Positions 26,158-40,004 of a stretch of DNA of 64,000 nucleotides are shown here, in pieces. Position 1 is the stretch's first letter. Each line of letters begins with the position of its first letter. Position numbers and translations under genes: made by a program. Source of the DNA: Callorhinchus milii (lineage: Eukaryota); assembly GCF_018977255.1 (NCBI RefSeq), contig NW_024704742.1, positions 42,534,001 through 42,598,000 on the forward strand, given 5' to 3'. The notes under the pieces were generated by a model. It saw only the letters and a program-made list of their open reading frames with translations, did not search any database and was not told the DNA's origin.

Positions 26158-26890
26158 TAACAACAACAAAATTACATTTGTATAACACCTTTCACGTCGG
26201 GAGGATGTCCCAAGGCACTGGACAGACAGAGTTATGAACCTGAGCTGAAGGTCGGGGTGGGGGAGGGTGGTGGGGGAAGCAGCGAGATCGAAAGCACGGT
26301 CGAAGAGGAGAATCTTGAGGTGGATCTTGAAGGTGGCGAGGGAGGGGTGAGATGGAGGGACTGCGGGATGGAGTTCCAGAGGGTGGGGCAGAGTGGCGGA
26401 AGGCCAGCCCACCGATAGTCGGGTGAGCAAGGATGTGAATCAGGCCAAAGCCCACTGAGCAGAGGGAGCGAACAGGATGGTAGGGGGTTAGGAGGTCGGA
26501 GAGGTAGGAGGGAGCAAGACCATGGAGGGCTTTGAAGGTGAAGACCAGGATCTTGAACTATGTCCTCTGTGTGATGGGAAGCCAGTGGAGTTAGGCAAGG
26601 ATGGGGGTGATAGGGTCACGGAGCCTGGTGCAAGAGAGGACATGGGCTGCAGAGTTCTGGATGATCTGCAGCTTATGGAGGGAGGAGTTGGGGAGGCCGA
26701 TAAGCAGTGAGTTTGCATAGTCGAGCCTCGATGTAATGAAGGCGTGTATGAGGATTTTGGTGGCCTGTGGTGTGAGACAGTGTCAGAGCCGGGCGATGTT
26801 GCGAAGGTGGGAGAAGGCAGAGCAGGTCATGGCGCAAATATGGGGTAGAAAGGATAGTTGAGAGTCGAACAAGACCCCAAGGTTCTGACC
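26158..26890 (-). mobile_element. L2 LINE 3' fragment (about 730 bp)
   Basis: Same tail as 15395; minus strand encodes RLDYANSLL...LQIIQNSAA...FKILVFTFKALHGLAP. Confidence 0.85.
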
Positions 26891-26974
26891 TTCATTGCCT
26901 GTGTTCTTTCCCAATAGTGGATCCATATAAAATACTATCTGTATTGTAGGTCTTTACCTAAGCACATTCTGGTT

Positions 26975-28040
26975 TATAGACAGTGCCTCATGCGTATAAC
27001 GTCTATAAAAAGTCTTATCAACTTTTGACTGGGAGACAGAAAGCAGAGGGTAGTGGTGAATGGTTGTTTTTCAGACTGGAGGGAAGTATACAGTGGTGTC
27101 CCCCAGGGGACAGTGTTAGGTTCACTGCTCTTTTTGATGTATGTGATTCCTGGATTTGGGTATAGTGAGCAACATTTTAAAGTTTGCAGATAACACAAAA
27201 CTTGGAAACGTAGTAAACAATGAGGATGATGCAGACACGTGGGCAGATTAAATTTAATGCAGAGAAGTCTGAGGTGATGCATTTTGGGTGGAAGAATGAG
27301 GAGAAGCAACATGCTACATTTTAAAGGGGGTTCAGGAACAGAGAGACGGTGGTTCACGTACACAGTCTTTGAAGCTGGCAGAACAGGTTGATAGAATTGT
27401 TAAAAAAACATATGGGATCCTTGGCTTTATAAATAGAAAGCATAGAGTACAAAAGCAAGGAAGTTCTGCTAACCCATTATAATTCACTGGATAGGCCTCA
27501 GCTGGAGTATTATGTCCAATTCTGGGCACCACACTTTAGGAAGGCTATCAAGGCCTTGGAGAGGGTGCCGAGGAGATTTACCAGAATGGTACCAGGATGA
27601 GGGACTTCAGTTATGTGGAGAGACTAGAGAACCTAGGATTGTTCTCTTTAGAGCAGATAAGGTTAAGGGGAGATTTAATAGAGGTATTCAAAATTCTGAG
27701 GGGTTTTGATAGAGTAGGTAAAGAGAAATTGTTTCCTCTGGTGGGTAGGTCGGTATCTAGTTTCAAGTTAATTGGCAAAAGAACCAGAGGGGAGATGAGG
27801 AGGCATATTTTTTAACACAGAGAGTTGTTACGGTCTGGAATGCACTGCCTGAAAGGGTAGTGAAAACAGATTCAACTTTCAAAAGCGAATTGGAGAGGTA
27901 CTTGAAAAGGAAAAATTTCCAAGGATATGGGGAAAGAACAGGGGAGTGGGACTGTTTGGGTAGCTCTTCCAAAGAGTCAGCACAGGCACGATGGGGCGAA
28001 TGGCTTCCTTCTGTGCTCTAATATTCTATGATTCTGTGAC
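26975..28040 (+). mobile_element. CR1 LINE 3' fragment (decayed RT and 3' UTR)
   Basis: GGTGTCCCCCAGGGGACAGTGTTAGG, TTTGCAGATAACACAAA, SYVERLENLGLFSLE..RLRGDLIEVFKI; ends ATTCTATGATTCT. Confidence 0.88.
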
Positions 28041-28669
28041 CTGTAAGACGAATAATTGCTACAATTCAGCATCTGGCTTAGATAGTGACTCAAAGTGTAT
28101 AGCCATCTGTTAGACATTGTGTATCAGCCAGGCTCAGTGGTAGCACTCTCACCTCTGAGTCTTGTTACGGGTCACACTAACCTATCAGTGTTTCATGTTT
28201 AAATGTTGATTGTAACGCTGAGTGATTCCAACTAGGCTGTGGTGCAATGCATGGTGAAAAAACTTAAAGAGATGTTGTGCAGCCTTTTGTTTTCGGTCCC
28301 AAGACCACAAAATATACAGTCAATTAACTTTACAGTATATTCTGTGAAGCGCTTTGAGACACCTCAAAGATGTGATAAGGCGCTATATGAAATGCAAGTA
28401 TTAGATATATATATATATATGTGTGAATTGGTTGCTGTGAATTGCAGGAAAGCGCTTGGGTCACATAGGAATTAAGTATCTTTTGGGATCAATTCCATCT
28501 GCTGACATCGAGATTAAGCTGCATGCCTGACTGGAGGTGGGTAAACTCCCAGTCAAGATTGGTTTCTTTAATTATTATTTGGGGAATTGCTGCTAGTTTT
28601 GAGTATAATAGTTCTTAGATAGAAATGTTATTGTTAAATATTGCAACAGTTTATTCATGTTACCGCGAT

Positions 28670-28862
28670 TGAGTTAAGACCTTTCTCTTTGATCGTGCCT
28701 TGAGCTCCCCTCTCGACTCTCAATCCCCTCCTCGCTCCCTCCCTTCCCTCACCCTGACCATTTCCCCCCTGCTCGGGTCCTGACCTAACTGTCCAGTGCC
28801 TTGGGACGTCCTCCCGACGTGAAAGGCGCTCTATAAATGGAATCTTGTTGTTGTTGTTGTTA
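28670..28862 (+). mobile_element. L2 LINE 3' end with (TTG)n tail
   Basis: GTCCAGTGCCTTGGGACGTCCTCCCGACGTGAAAGGCGCTCTATAAATGGAATC(TTG)n. Confidence 0.78.
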
Positions 28863-29174
28863 AGCCAGGGCAAGGGCACTTTAATAAAAATTACTTTTGA
28901 ACTTCTATAAAGTATGCTCAAGTTCTGTTAGAAATAAAGGAGGGAATGAATAGTACTGGCGTTAGGTCCATGAACCAACCTGAAGTGCGGAAACACTCTG
29001 AGCTGAGGGCTCAATTGAAGTAAAATTAATCATTGAGGTGATATGCCTACTATTGGTGTTGGTCAATTGACTAAGCAATTACAACTCCATTAGGAAGCAC
29101 AAAAGGGGAAATATCGTGACAGAGCCACTTAGCAATAAGTGAAAGAACCGTCATAGTTTGATGATTGTGCATTC

Positions 29175-30570
29175 AAGCCTCACGTTGGAACTTGGAATCA
29201 CGTAGACTAAGCTGATACTCCAATGCAGTACTGGGGGTTTTGCATTGTCAGAGATGTCATCATTCAAAACCTAACGCTAAACCAAGGTCCCATCTACCTG
29301 TTCAGGTGAATGTGAAAGATCTCATGGCACTATTCGAAAAGAGAAGGGAGTTTCTTCCAGTTTCCTGGCCAACAATCAACTGTAATCAACCAACGGTAAA
29401 AATCCCCCAAATAAAATTGATCAGACTCCATGGATGTTTGTGGAACATTGCTGTGTGCAACTGGCTGCCATATTTCACCCACAAAATGCATAGTCAATCC
29501 ACTTTCCAGTATATGCAAGAGGACATAGACAGGCTGGTGAAATGGGCAGACACATTGCAGATGGAATTTAATGCAGAGAACTGTGAAGTGACGCATTTTG
29601 GGAGAAGAAATGAGGAGAGATAATATAAGATAAATGATACAGTTTTAAAGGGGTTCAGGTGCAGAGACCTGGGGGTTAACATACACACATCTTTTAAGGT
29701 GACATGACAAGTTGATAAAGTGGTTAAAAAAGCATATGGGATCCTTGGCTTTATAAATAGAGGCATTGAATATAAGAGCAAGGAAGTTATGTTGAATCTT
29801 TACAAATCGCTGGTTCGGCCTCAGCTGAAGTATCGTGTTCAATTCTGGGTACTGGAAGGATGTTAGGGCCTTGGAGAGGGTGCAGAGAAGATTTATTAGA
29901 TTGATACCAGAGTTGATGGACTATAATGTGTGGAAAGCCTAGAGAGGCTGATATTATTATCCTTAGAGTAGAGAAGGTTTCGATGTAACAGAAGTGTTCA
30001 AAATTATGAGGGGTTTTGATAGAGGAGATCAGAAGAAACTGTTTCCTTTGGTGGGTGAGTTGGTAACCAAAGGTCACAGATTTAAGATAATTGGCAAAAT
30101 AACCAGAGGGGAGACGAGGGAAATCTTTTTTTACCCAGAGAGTTGATATGGTCTGGAATGCACTGCCTGAAAGGGTGTTGGAAGCAGATTCGATAATAGC
30201 TTTCAAAAGAGAATTAGAAGGGTACTTAAAAATCATAGAATCATAGAATTGTACAGCACATAAAGAGGCTATTCGGCCCAACGAGTTTGTGCTGGCTCTT
30301 TGAATAGAGCAATTAATGTCAATCCCACTCCCCAGCCCTTTCCCCATAACCCTGCAAACCCGTCCTCCTCAAGGAAACATTTGCAGGGCTATGGGTTAAG
30401 AGCGGGGAAGTGGGACTAGTTGGTGGCTCTTTCAAAGAGCTGGCACAGGCACGATGGGCCAAATGGCCTCTTTCGGTGCTATAAAATTCTATGATTCTAT
30501 ATCCTGTGAAGCTCTTTGAGACATCTGAACAACATGATAAGGTGCTATATCAAAAATGCAAGGATTATTT
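29175..30570 (+). mobile_element. Deu-SINE (about 29175-29514, tail resumes about 30498-30570) interrupted by a CR1 3' fragment (about 29515-30499), itself containing an inverted CR1 3' end (about 30232-30372)
   Basis: SINE body stops at CCAGTATAT and resumes ATATCCTGTGAAG. Insert encodes QEDIDRLVKWADTLQMEFNAENCEVTHFGR and ends ATTCTATGATTCT. Confidence 0.8.
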
Positions 30571-31435
30571 TCTGGAATACAGGCTGAGGAATATTTGCAG
30601 ACCAGATATCTGTACACATAAACGTCGGTTGAAAAATGAAGTACGTGTTGTGATAATTATCACATGTCACATTTTTATCCAACAGAGAGCACCTGTCATT
30701 GTAGTGTTACATAATGTTTCATAGAATCGGCAGCACGGAAACAGGCCATTCACCGCAATACGAGGCATCAAGATAATAGAACAAGAGGGTCTAGGTTTAA
30801 AGTTGTGAAGGGCAGTTTCAGGAGAAACACCAGGAGGTTTTTCTCTACTCCGAGGATAATTAACAATTGGATCAGTTTGCCAGGAAGGATGGTTGAGGCT
30901 AGGACACTGGACTCATTTAAAACACAGCTTGATGTAGGGTGTGTTCTGAAGAGATGAGATCAAATGGGCCGAAAGGACTCCTTCATCCAAACCAATCTTG
31001 TGATCTTATATTCCACATAAGTCTCCACCCATTCTAGTAAGTATTGTGTGAGGGAGCAAATGCAAATCCAAAAAATAAACCATTGTTTCAATTCTAGCCT
31101 AAGACATCCCCGCAGCCATTCAAAGCGTAAAACATCTCCAGAACCAGAGAGGTAAAATAACAATTATACTTATATTTAATTCCAAATCAATCAGCACTAA
31201 AACATCATTAAATAAAGGAAACACAAAATACTGCAGATGTTGGAAATAAAGGAAACTGACAGCCATCCCCCAATGACTATTATTTTATTGCAACTTCATT
31301 TTAACATCACAGCTTTATTTTATTGATCATATAATTTGACCTGAATAAAATACGTCAATTACTCAAGAACACCTACAGTTTGACCCACATGCTTTGCTAA
31401 CAGTGGTGCCATTCTGCCATGCAGTCACACTGTTC

Positions 31436-31447
31436 CCACCAGGGGGC
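31436..31447 (+). promoter_or_regulatory. Candidate CTCF binding site
   Basis: CCACCAGGGGGC(A), matching the CTCF core consensus, in non-repetitive sequence; TGCAG 16 bp upstream. Confidence 0.5.
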
Positions 31448-31657
31448 AATCAGCTGATTTTGTCCTGACATCATTATTTTCAAGGATCACTGCCTTCATG
31501 AAAAAATGTACAGTACCTATTTTATTGTTTTGCTTAGGAAGAGGGAAGAGCCAGGAAACCTGAAACAAAGGGCACTTAGAGAGACAAGGGAGGAAATCTG
31601 TAAAACATTGAGGAACAACTGGATCAGCTGGAGCAATTCAGCCTTCAAAAAGCTCCC

Positions 31658-31989
31658 GTGGAGTCCTGTAGCTCAATGGTTAGAGCACTCACTTTGCAAG
31701 CGAGAGACATGAGTTCAATTCCAGGCAGGGCGAAACCTTGGGCAAGTTTCCTTACTCCACACTAACCCTAACCCTAATAACAATCCCTCCAAAACCCAAA
31801 ACAATAATAAATTGGTCATTTTCAATCTACGACTGTTTGCTGTTTGTGGGACATTGCTGTGCGCAATTGGCTGCCGCGTTCGCCTACAAATATACAGTCA
31901 ATTCACTTTACAGTGTGTTCTGTGAAGCACTTTGGGACTTCCTCCCGACGTAAAAACGCTATATCAAATGCAAGGATTATTATTATTAT
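31658..31989 (+). mobile_element. Young tRNA-derived SINE, full length
   Basis: Family match; carries CTAACCCTAACCCTAA at 31762-31777. Confidence 0.92.
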
Positions 31990-34255
31990 AAAAAAGATCT
32001 CTCAGATGAGACTTTATGCAGTATAGTAAAATTATGAAAGGATTCAACAAAGTGGACATGAGCAGGTTGCTTTCTCTAGTTGGTGAGTCTAAAACAAGGA
32101 GGGCATAAATGTAAGTGAGCCACAAGCAGATCTAAAAGGGAGGTTAGGAAAAATTTCTTTATGCAGAGGATGGTGAGGAACTACAACTCACTGCCAGAAA
32201 CGGTGGTTGAAGCAGAAAGCATCAACATTTTTAAGATGAAGCTTGAGAAATACATGAAGGCAAAAGCAATAGAGGGATGTAGAATAGAGGATTAGGAGAG
32301 GAGGGAGCTCATGTGGAGTGTAAACACCAGCAGAGAATAGTTGTTTCTGTGCTCCGTCGTTCTCTGTAAATCTATATAATATTTTAATTTCACTATAAAT
32401 CTGAGATTTGGCCTTGTATGCAGCATGCAAAAAGCACATAAATTGTGGTTAATATTTTCTTTAAAAAATCAGATTTGAATTCCAAATTGCAATTCAAAAA
32501 TTCATCCAAAGTGCTCAAATATGTATGATTTGTTTAATTCCAATTCGTAGGTATGAAATCTGCATTCCATTGCATACAATAAATAAACCAAACAGAATAA
32601 CAGCTGAGTGCAACTCCATCCATCATAACTTCTAATTATATTCTGAATAACACAGTATTACTTTGCTTGATAGATTATTTCAAATATTTATAAGTCTTTG
32701 AATGAATAAGCTTCACTTGATATCAGTCAAGCTTACTAAATCTACCCTTCAGTCATTTCCATTTATGGAAATACTGGTCCCCTGTTCATGGCTTAGTTTG
32801 AAGTGACAGTCTAGGTTTAACAAATCTATAACCATTAAGTATGGATATTCTTCAAAGAGATTTATATTTCAATGAGATATTCATTTAACCACCTTCATAC
32901 CCAACAGTAAAGCTTAAGTTTCTCTCATCTTTCTCCAGAGTTCATCCTCATTTTCCCACTTGGAATCTGCCTCATTGCTCTTTCAAGCACTTTTTATAAT
33001 TTGGTATTCTTTGTTGTTGTGTGCTGACAGAATATTAAATGTATTAATTAGTTCTTTAAAGCCTTAGTGGAATAGCCATAATTTTATATTCTTGTATTCT
33101 GAGTGTATATCCTTACATGCTTCTATTAGCTTGCTTAAGTAGACATTAAAAGTAACATCCATACCTTAACTCCCATAAACCTTTATAAATAGCAAAGAAC
33201 CCAATACAGTATCGGCACTAGCATGGATAGAAAGGTGTCAAGTTTCTGCGTGTTTGTTTCTCTCTCTCTCTCTCGTGTATTTCTCTGACTGCTTCACTGT
33301 GTTTGTGTGTGTTTCTCTTTTCCTCTCGCTCCTCTGTGTGATCACATATGTGTTTTCCTCTTGCTCTTTATCTCTCTCAATGAGTTGTGTGTGTTTCTCT
33401 TTCCTTCTGTACGTACCTGGATCAGATCTCTCGATCTTTCACTGCTCATGACAAATCGTGACCCTGGTAATTTTGCACACATGAGGAACTTAAAATAACT
33501 ACAAATTTTCATCGATATCACAGCCTGAATTCCCCTCGGGATCAGAGTCCTAATGCACAGTCACTGCAATTTACAGTAAAATTCTGTAAAGCATTTTGAG
33601 GCGTTTTGACAATGTGATAAGGCACTATATCAAAGCAAGGATATTCTGCAGTGGGAGAAAGGAAACGTGCCCAACGTTTTTCCCTGCCCGGTAATCAAAA
33701 CTAGGTTCTCTCACTTGCAAGGTGAGTTCTCTCATCATTAAGCTACAGGACTCCAGATAGGAGATGCAGATAGGAGAATCACAATGCAAGAATCACAAAA
33801 GAACAACCAGCTGTCAGAATTGTTTGAGTTCATAGACAAATCTGTGGATCTCCTTCATTTAATTTATTCCATTTGAATTTCCAATTCACCTCCACTGACT
33901 ATTATCAGCAAAATACAATATCGTTCACGGTACAAGTAAAATATAAAAATACATATTTTATTGTATAAAATATACAATAAATTTTATACAAAAATTTTAT
34001 ACAAATATACCGCTATTGATTATTTTAGACCTCTATTCACGCCAAAGAAAAAAAATATTACTCTTTGTATCTGGATTAATAAAGGACTGTAGAAGTAAGC
34101 AATGTCTCAGGGATTAGTCATCCCTTGTAATTCCATGAATAAATGATCAAACGTAGCACTTACAGCATGCAAAATACTCTGATGTGGAAATGGCTGAACT
34201 AGTCTGGTTGTTAAAATGGATTACAATCTTACACATCTTGCCTATTTAAGCAACA

Positions 34256-34571
34256 TGGAGTCTGTAGCTCAGTGGTTAGAGCACTTGCCTCGCAAGCAAG
34301 AGACCTGGGTTCGATTCCCGGCAGGGCGAAACCTTGGGCAAGTTTCCGTACTCCACATGCTTGATAATAATCCCTCAAGAAAAAAATAAAATAAAATTGG
34401 TCACTTTAATCCACGGCTGTTTGTGGGACTTTGCAGTGCGCAATTGGCTGCCACATTTTGCCCACAAATCTACAATCAATTCACTTTAAAGTATATTCTG
34501 TGAAGTGCATTGAGATGTCCAGAAGATGTGAAAAGTGCTATATCAAATGCAAGGATTATTATTATTATTAT
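34256..34571 (+). mobile_element. tRNA-derived SINE, full length
   Basis: Family match, moderately diverged. Confidence 0.88.
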
Positions 34572-36024
34572 AACATCAATAACGCAAAGGAGGCTTTTAT
34601 TGTCATAAAAACCTTCGCTGAATTTGGCACCAAGTCTTTTCGCACACACAGGCACATATATATTGATTGTCTAAACAGTTTTTGGAGGAAAAGCATCCGA
34701 ATCCAAAGGGTTCCTATCCCCGGCAGTAACATTCTGCACTTTGGCAATCCTGAATAAGACCTATCTTTTCGAAATTTTTTGAGGGATATTTCCCCTCCCC
34801 ACTCGCCTCGGCTCCCACAGCTTGGGTGCCAAGCCATTATTGTTAAGTGCCTTGGGACATCCTGCCATATAAATGTAAAACTGTATTACGTAGTATTCTT
34901 AAAGCAATTGAAAACAATGGGGTGAAATTAATGTTCTTTAATTATGCATTCACAGTGAGCGAATTCTCATATAGTGAAGCACGAGATATTTTGAGTCATT
35001 CTAAGTATTGCTGAGGCACTAAACGCCTCTACCCCCACTTCTGTTATTTCAATTTCCCTTTTTTAATATATTTTTTAAAACTTCGCTCCCATCTTTATTT
35101 TCAGTAATGTCGACTAGAGATAACATAGTTATACATTATCCAAAGCAGCTTCTTTGATAATGCAAAGATTGAGGACAGATAGAGAGTTCCACTTATGTAT
35201 GCCATCTATACTTGGAAATTGCCCTGTATCTAGAATGGATTGCACACTCTCTTCCTGGAGGAATACACCTGGTTTACTGAATTCTGAAGAGTATTATTTG
35301 CAGGTTGGCAAGAGCTAAGGCTTGGCGACCCAAGAGTATGTTTTCAGTTACTGCTGGAGTTCAACCAAGTAAAACTACATAGCTTACCATTGAGAGCACT
35401 ATCTGGCAAGCTTCCCACTATGTGTCCAACTACGACCAAAACCCTACTCATTAGGACTAAGGTTTGTTGGGTTAATAGGAGCTGAATAGGAAGAATGCCT
35501 GCCCCCTGCTCTTCCAAGTCCTTCACATCCTGTTGATAACTAAGATTAGCTAGTTTGGCATCAGCAATGCCCTGAGGCAGCAGTGAATCCGTCTGTCTCA
35601 AGGTGGATACTACTGGTCTATTTTAGTTATATAAATTCAGATTATTTTTTCACAGTATCATTCTGTCAGGGATGATTCAAGCGCTCTGGGAATTCCCCCC
35701 CACCCCAAGGATGAAGGGTGCTATATAAATGCAAATTGTTGTTGTTGTGAGGATCTTTAACCCCGACCTGAAAAACTAAATGTGATGTTGGTTTAACTTC
35801 TCCTTAGAAGGAACAGCACCTCCAGTATTGTAGTGCATCTCCCATCACTGCAATCTAGTGGCAACTATTGGGTACATTTATCTGAGTGTACATTTACTCT
35901 ATTTGCTTGGTCTTTCAGAGCATTTAGAATTTGGCAAATTTTCTAATAGAGCCTGAATTTTGAAACCAGTTTTCTGTAAGTTTCTGCACAAAACCAAGTT
36001 TTATTGAAAGTTAAGACTGAGCGA

Positions 36025-36405
36025 TTTGTGAGTCAGAAGATTGTTGGGTCAAGCCCCACATTGGGACTTGGAACTCATACAGTCTAAGATGACACTCCAA
36101 TGCTGAGGTGTGTTGCATTTTAGGAGATGCCATCCATCGCATGATATGCAGACTGCTGGACGTTCCTGACTCCATAGCAATATTTGAAAAGAAAAGGGAG
36201 TTTCTCCCAATGACTGGCCAACAATTCCTCAAATAAAACTGATTAGTTACTTCATCGTTCTTTGTGAGACATTGCTGTGCGCAAATTGGCTGCCGTGTTT
36301 GAGCACATAACCGAGTCACTACACTTTACAGTATAATCTGTGAAGAGCTTTGGACACCCACCTGATATGAAAGACGCTATACCAAATGCAAGGATTATTA
36401 TTATT
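36025..36405 (+). mobile_element. Old SacSINE1/Deu-SINE-like element
   Basis: GAGTCAGAAGATTGTTGGG...GGGAGTTTCTCC...CATTGCTGTGCGCAAATTGGCTGCCG...GCAAGGATTATT. Confidence 0.75.
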
Positions 36406-36524
36406 TTACCAACTGAACCAGGCTGACACCTAAATCTACTGAAGTTAAGATAATCAAGAAATAACTACCATTCATTCATTGATCCACAACTCACAGCCGG
36501 GGAATATCATCAACATGAGTAAGG

Positions 36525-36862
36525 TACTCAAATCCCTTCACTCCCTGGCACCTCCCTACCTCTCCGATCTCCTCATTCCTCGAATCCACCACCCAGTGCC
36601 ACTGCTCGACTGGCCTTCTGCTTGTCCTTCGCACCCTCTGCTCCATCATTGGAGGTTGCACTTTCAGCCACTACACCCCGAAACTGTGGGACATTCTCCC
36701 TAATTCCCTCCACCTTACCCCCTCTCTCCCCTTTTTCAAGTCCCACCTGAAAACCTTCCTTTTCACCTCCCCCCCAGCTCGGAGTCAGGCTCTGCCACTG
36801 TTAAGAGTTCTGAGACACTGCCCTGTGTGAAGGGTGCTTTATAAGTGCAAGTTGTTGTTGTG
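36525..36862 (+). mobile_element. L2 LINE 3' fragment
   Basis: KSLHSLAPPYLSDLL; ends AAGTGCAAGTTGTTGTTG. Confidence 0.75.
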
Positions 36863-37424
36863 TAAGACAATTGTTTACTACTGCAGATAAATTGGAAACC
36901 AAGTATTACAACAATCTTCTCAGCATTTTCTCAATTAAACAATCAGGCAACACATGTCTTCTAATACAAATTACTGGCACAAATAATATATTTTAATTAA
37001 ATGTTCATGTCATTGCTTGTACAACCTATTTTCTCAATTCATATGGAGCACTGAAGCAAATTGTCCAGCAATATTTCTGAGCTTCACATTATTATAAATC
37101 TTCATTATTCGCTTGGCGCAGTAGAAATTTGCTCAGGTCATGCTGTGTCTATGAATATACTTATCTATTGTTCAATGGTGCCATGAGCACTGCAAACAGC
37201 CTAATTTCACAAATTTGGGGTTGAGGGGATGTTCACCAATGACCAGCCATAGCCTGAGTCATCGCCAGCAACAGAAGTTCCATTAATATGATTATTGTCA
37301 AATTGAATGTTGCATTTTTTTACCCCAAAAGTGGAACTTATTTGCTATAAATGTCCAAGCAGAGGAATATGATTAGACTATAACTTGAGGGAATCAGCTT
37401 TAGAACGAACATGATGGCCAAAAA

Positions 37425-37842
37425 GTAATAATCCTTTTGATATAGCTCTTTCATATTGGAAAAATGTCTAAAGTGATTCCCAGGATATAGTGTAAAGTGA
37501 AACAACTGTATTTTATAGACAAACAAGGCATCCAATTTGTGCATAGCAGTGTCAACAAATGGACATGAAGTTAAAGATCAATTTTAATTTGGGGATTGTG
37601 GTCAGGATGCTGAGAGAAATTCCCTTCTCATTTTGAATACTGCCAAGGAATCTTTAATGACCATCTGAACAGGCAAACAGGATCTCACTTTAATGTATTA
37701 CCTGAAGCACAGAACCTCCAACAATGCAGGATACTGTCAGCACTGTATTAGAGTGACAGCCTAGACTCTATGAGCTCAAAACCACAACATTGGGCTTGAA
37801 CCTCTGACTCATAGGTGAGAATCCTACCAATTGAGCCAGCCT
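37425..37842 (-). mobile_element. Old SacSINE1/Deu-SINE-like element
   Basis: Reverse complement of the same family, ending ...CTACCAATTGAGCCAGC. Confidence 0.7.
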
Positions 37843-40004
37843 AACAAATGGCTTCCTTCTATAAACTGTAAACTTTTTATGATTCAAGCACTTGACTGAG
37901 GTACATTTATGAACCGAATTCCAGGATGGTGATCTTAACTCTAAGCACTAGAATGCTGAGGTTAATGTTTCCTTTCAATGGCTGTTGGGACTTTGCTGTG
38001 CACAATTTGGCTGCTGCGTTCACCTACAAAATGCACAGTCACTGCACTTTACAGTAAATCCTGTGAAGCACTTTGAGATAAAATGATATTATGAATGATA
38101 TATGCAAATATGAAAGGCACTAAATGATCCTTCCTTGGGATATTTTTGGATATGTGAAATCAAAGGATTAATGTTATTTTTTGTTATACTTTATTTCTTT
38201 CCCAGGTATTCTTTTTTAAAAAGGATCACAACTGAGGTTTAATTTGCTCACTGAAAACAACTACTAGGTACTAAATGTATCTTCCCCACTACCTCTGACT
38301 CCACTAACCTATCATCTGGATCAGTTGTATAAAACTGTGTTACTCTTCACTTGGCAAATAGCAGCACAAACTGAAAGAATAATGACATCATGCGTGTGTG
38401 CCTTATATCTTTTAAAATTAAGTCAATCTTCATTTGAAATTCCAAAGATAGAAATTCCATGATTCAAATTTTGGAATAATCTTTTTAAATCATTCAACAC
38501 AACATAATTTGTCCATGAAATTATTTTTGCAGTCCTAACACTAAATTATCTTATTGGAAAGAATGCTGCTGATTTGTCACTATGTTTACAACTAACACAG
38601 AAATAGAACAACTAGTGTCACCACATTGGGTCTCAAACTGTGAGAGTTGCTGGTTAATACTGAATTAATAAGAAGGTTTAGGTGAAGAACACCCTTCGGG
38701 CTATTTGATCTCATCCTTGCTGAATATGCATCCTATCGTCCTCCCATCACAGAACCAAACTGTTTAATAAATGTGTCCAGTGCCTTGACCTCAACTATCC
38801 TTCCTGGTCACCTGTTCCAATCTTGATTATCCTTTAGGTAAAGAAATACTTCGTGATATCTGGCCTGAAATTGTCCTTTGCCCATCCTGAACCTGTGCAC
38901 TCTTGATCTGCTAACTTTTTTGGTGCATAAAGAAATAAAATTCTGGGATTTGGGGGAGAAAGGGCCACAATCTAGGATAAAAGGTCAACAGGCAAATGGG
39001 TGGCCCCAAATTGGCTTTTGAAAACTCTCCTACAGAATCAGAGTAGATTGTCCCCGAGTTATGTTTGTAACGAATCCTACAGTTTAACTCATAAACCTGA
39101 AGGAAGTTAAAGCAATTTCCAGTTTGTGCATACTACATTTCTGACCCCAATATGTATTTGTCTCAAAACCCAGTGGCTCTTCAGAAATGGTACACTTTAG
39201 CATTCCTGGCACACACTGGTTTGCTTGCAATGTCTGGCGATTCATAAATTCATCAATGTCAAGTGGATACAGCATTATTCACACAGATCTATCTATCTGT
39301 TTTGCTTCACATAAGTCCAACTCAGCACAAGGTGAGAGGGATAAAGGCAGCTGAGAAACAGATGGGGAAAAAGAATAATTATGGTTATTGATTGTGATTC
39401 CTGTGATTTCCTGTTAACTCTGTCAGGTGATGAAGATCTAACACTGATAGGACAGACGATTTGTCTGGGAACAAAAACAATGATCAGGGGAGACTGAGGA
39501 AGAGACCAGCTTGCAAAGAAAGAGCCATTTCCCCCAATATACAGAAAAAACTTTGAGGGAAAAGTAGAGCTGCTGCCAAAGTAGCAGGAAGATGAATGAA
39601 AGAGAATAGCTAGCTCCTAGAGGCAGTCATTCTGGCAGTTTGTTATTTATCTTGTGCCTGAATTGTACCTGGAGTTATAGCCTAGGCCAATAGAAAAGTG
39701 CGGACACATTTGCCAAAAATTGCAGGGGGATTTGACTATTTGATGGAGAATTGCGGGGACATTTTTGACAAATTTTGCAGAAAATGGCGGGGAATTGATT
39801 GCTGCTATTGAGATACATTGTACTGCCAAACTACATTTTTTCACTTTATTGATAAAAACTAAACATGAGGAAATACCACATATTTGACTGTTACAAAAAA
39901 AATGTGAATTGCTTCTTTAACAAAACTGGGTAGCCTTATTTTGTGGGGGGGCACACACCCCGAGGCTACAGGAGCTCTCAAGGCCCAGTACTGCACAGAC
40001 CCAA

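Noticed and set aside
33957..33981. 11-bp perfect inverted repeat TTTATTGTATA/TATACAATAAA
   Set aside because: Lies in low-complexity AT-rich sequence; expected by chance or slippage.
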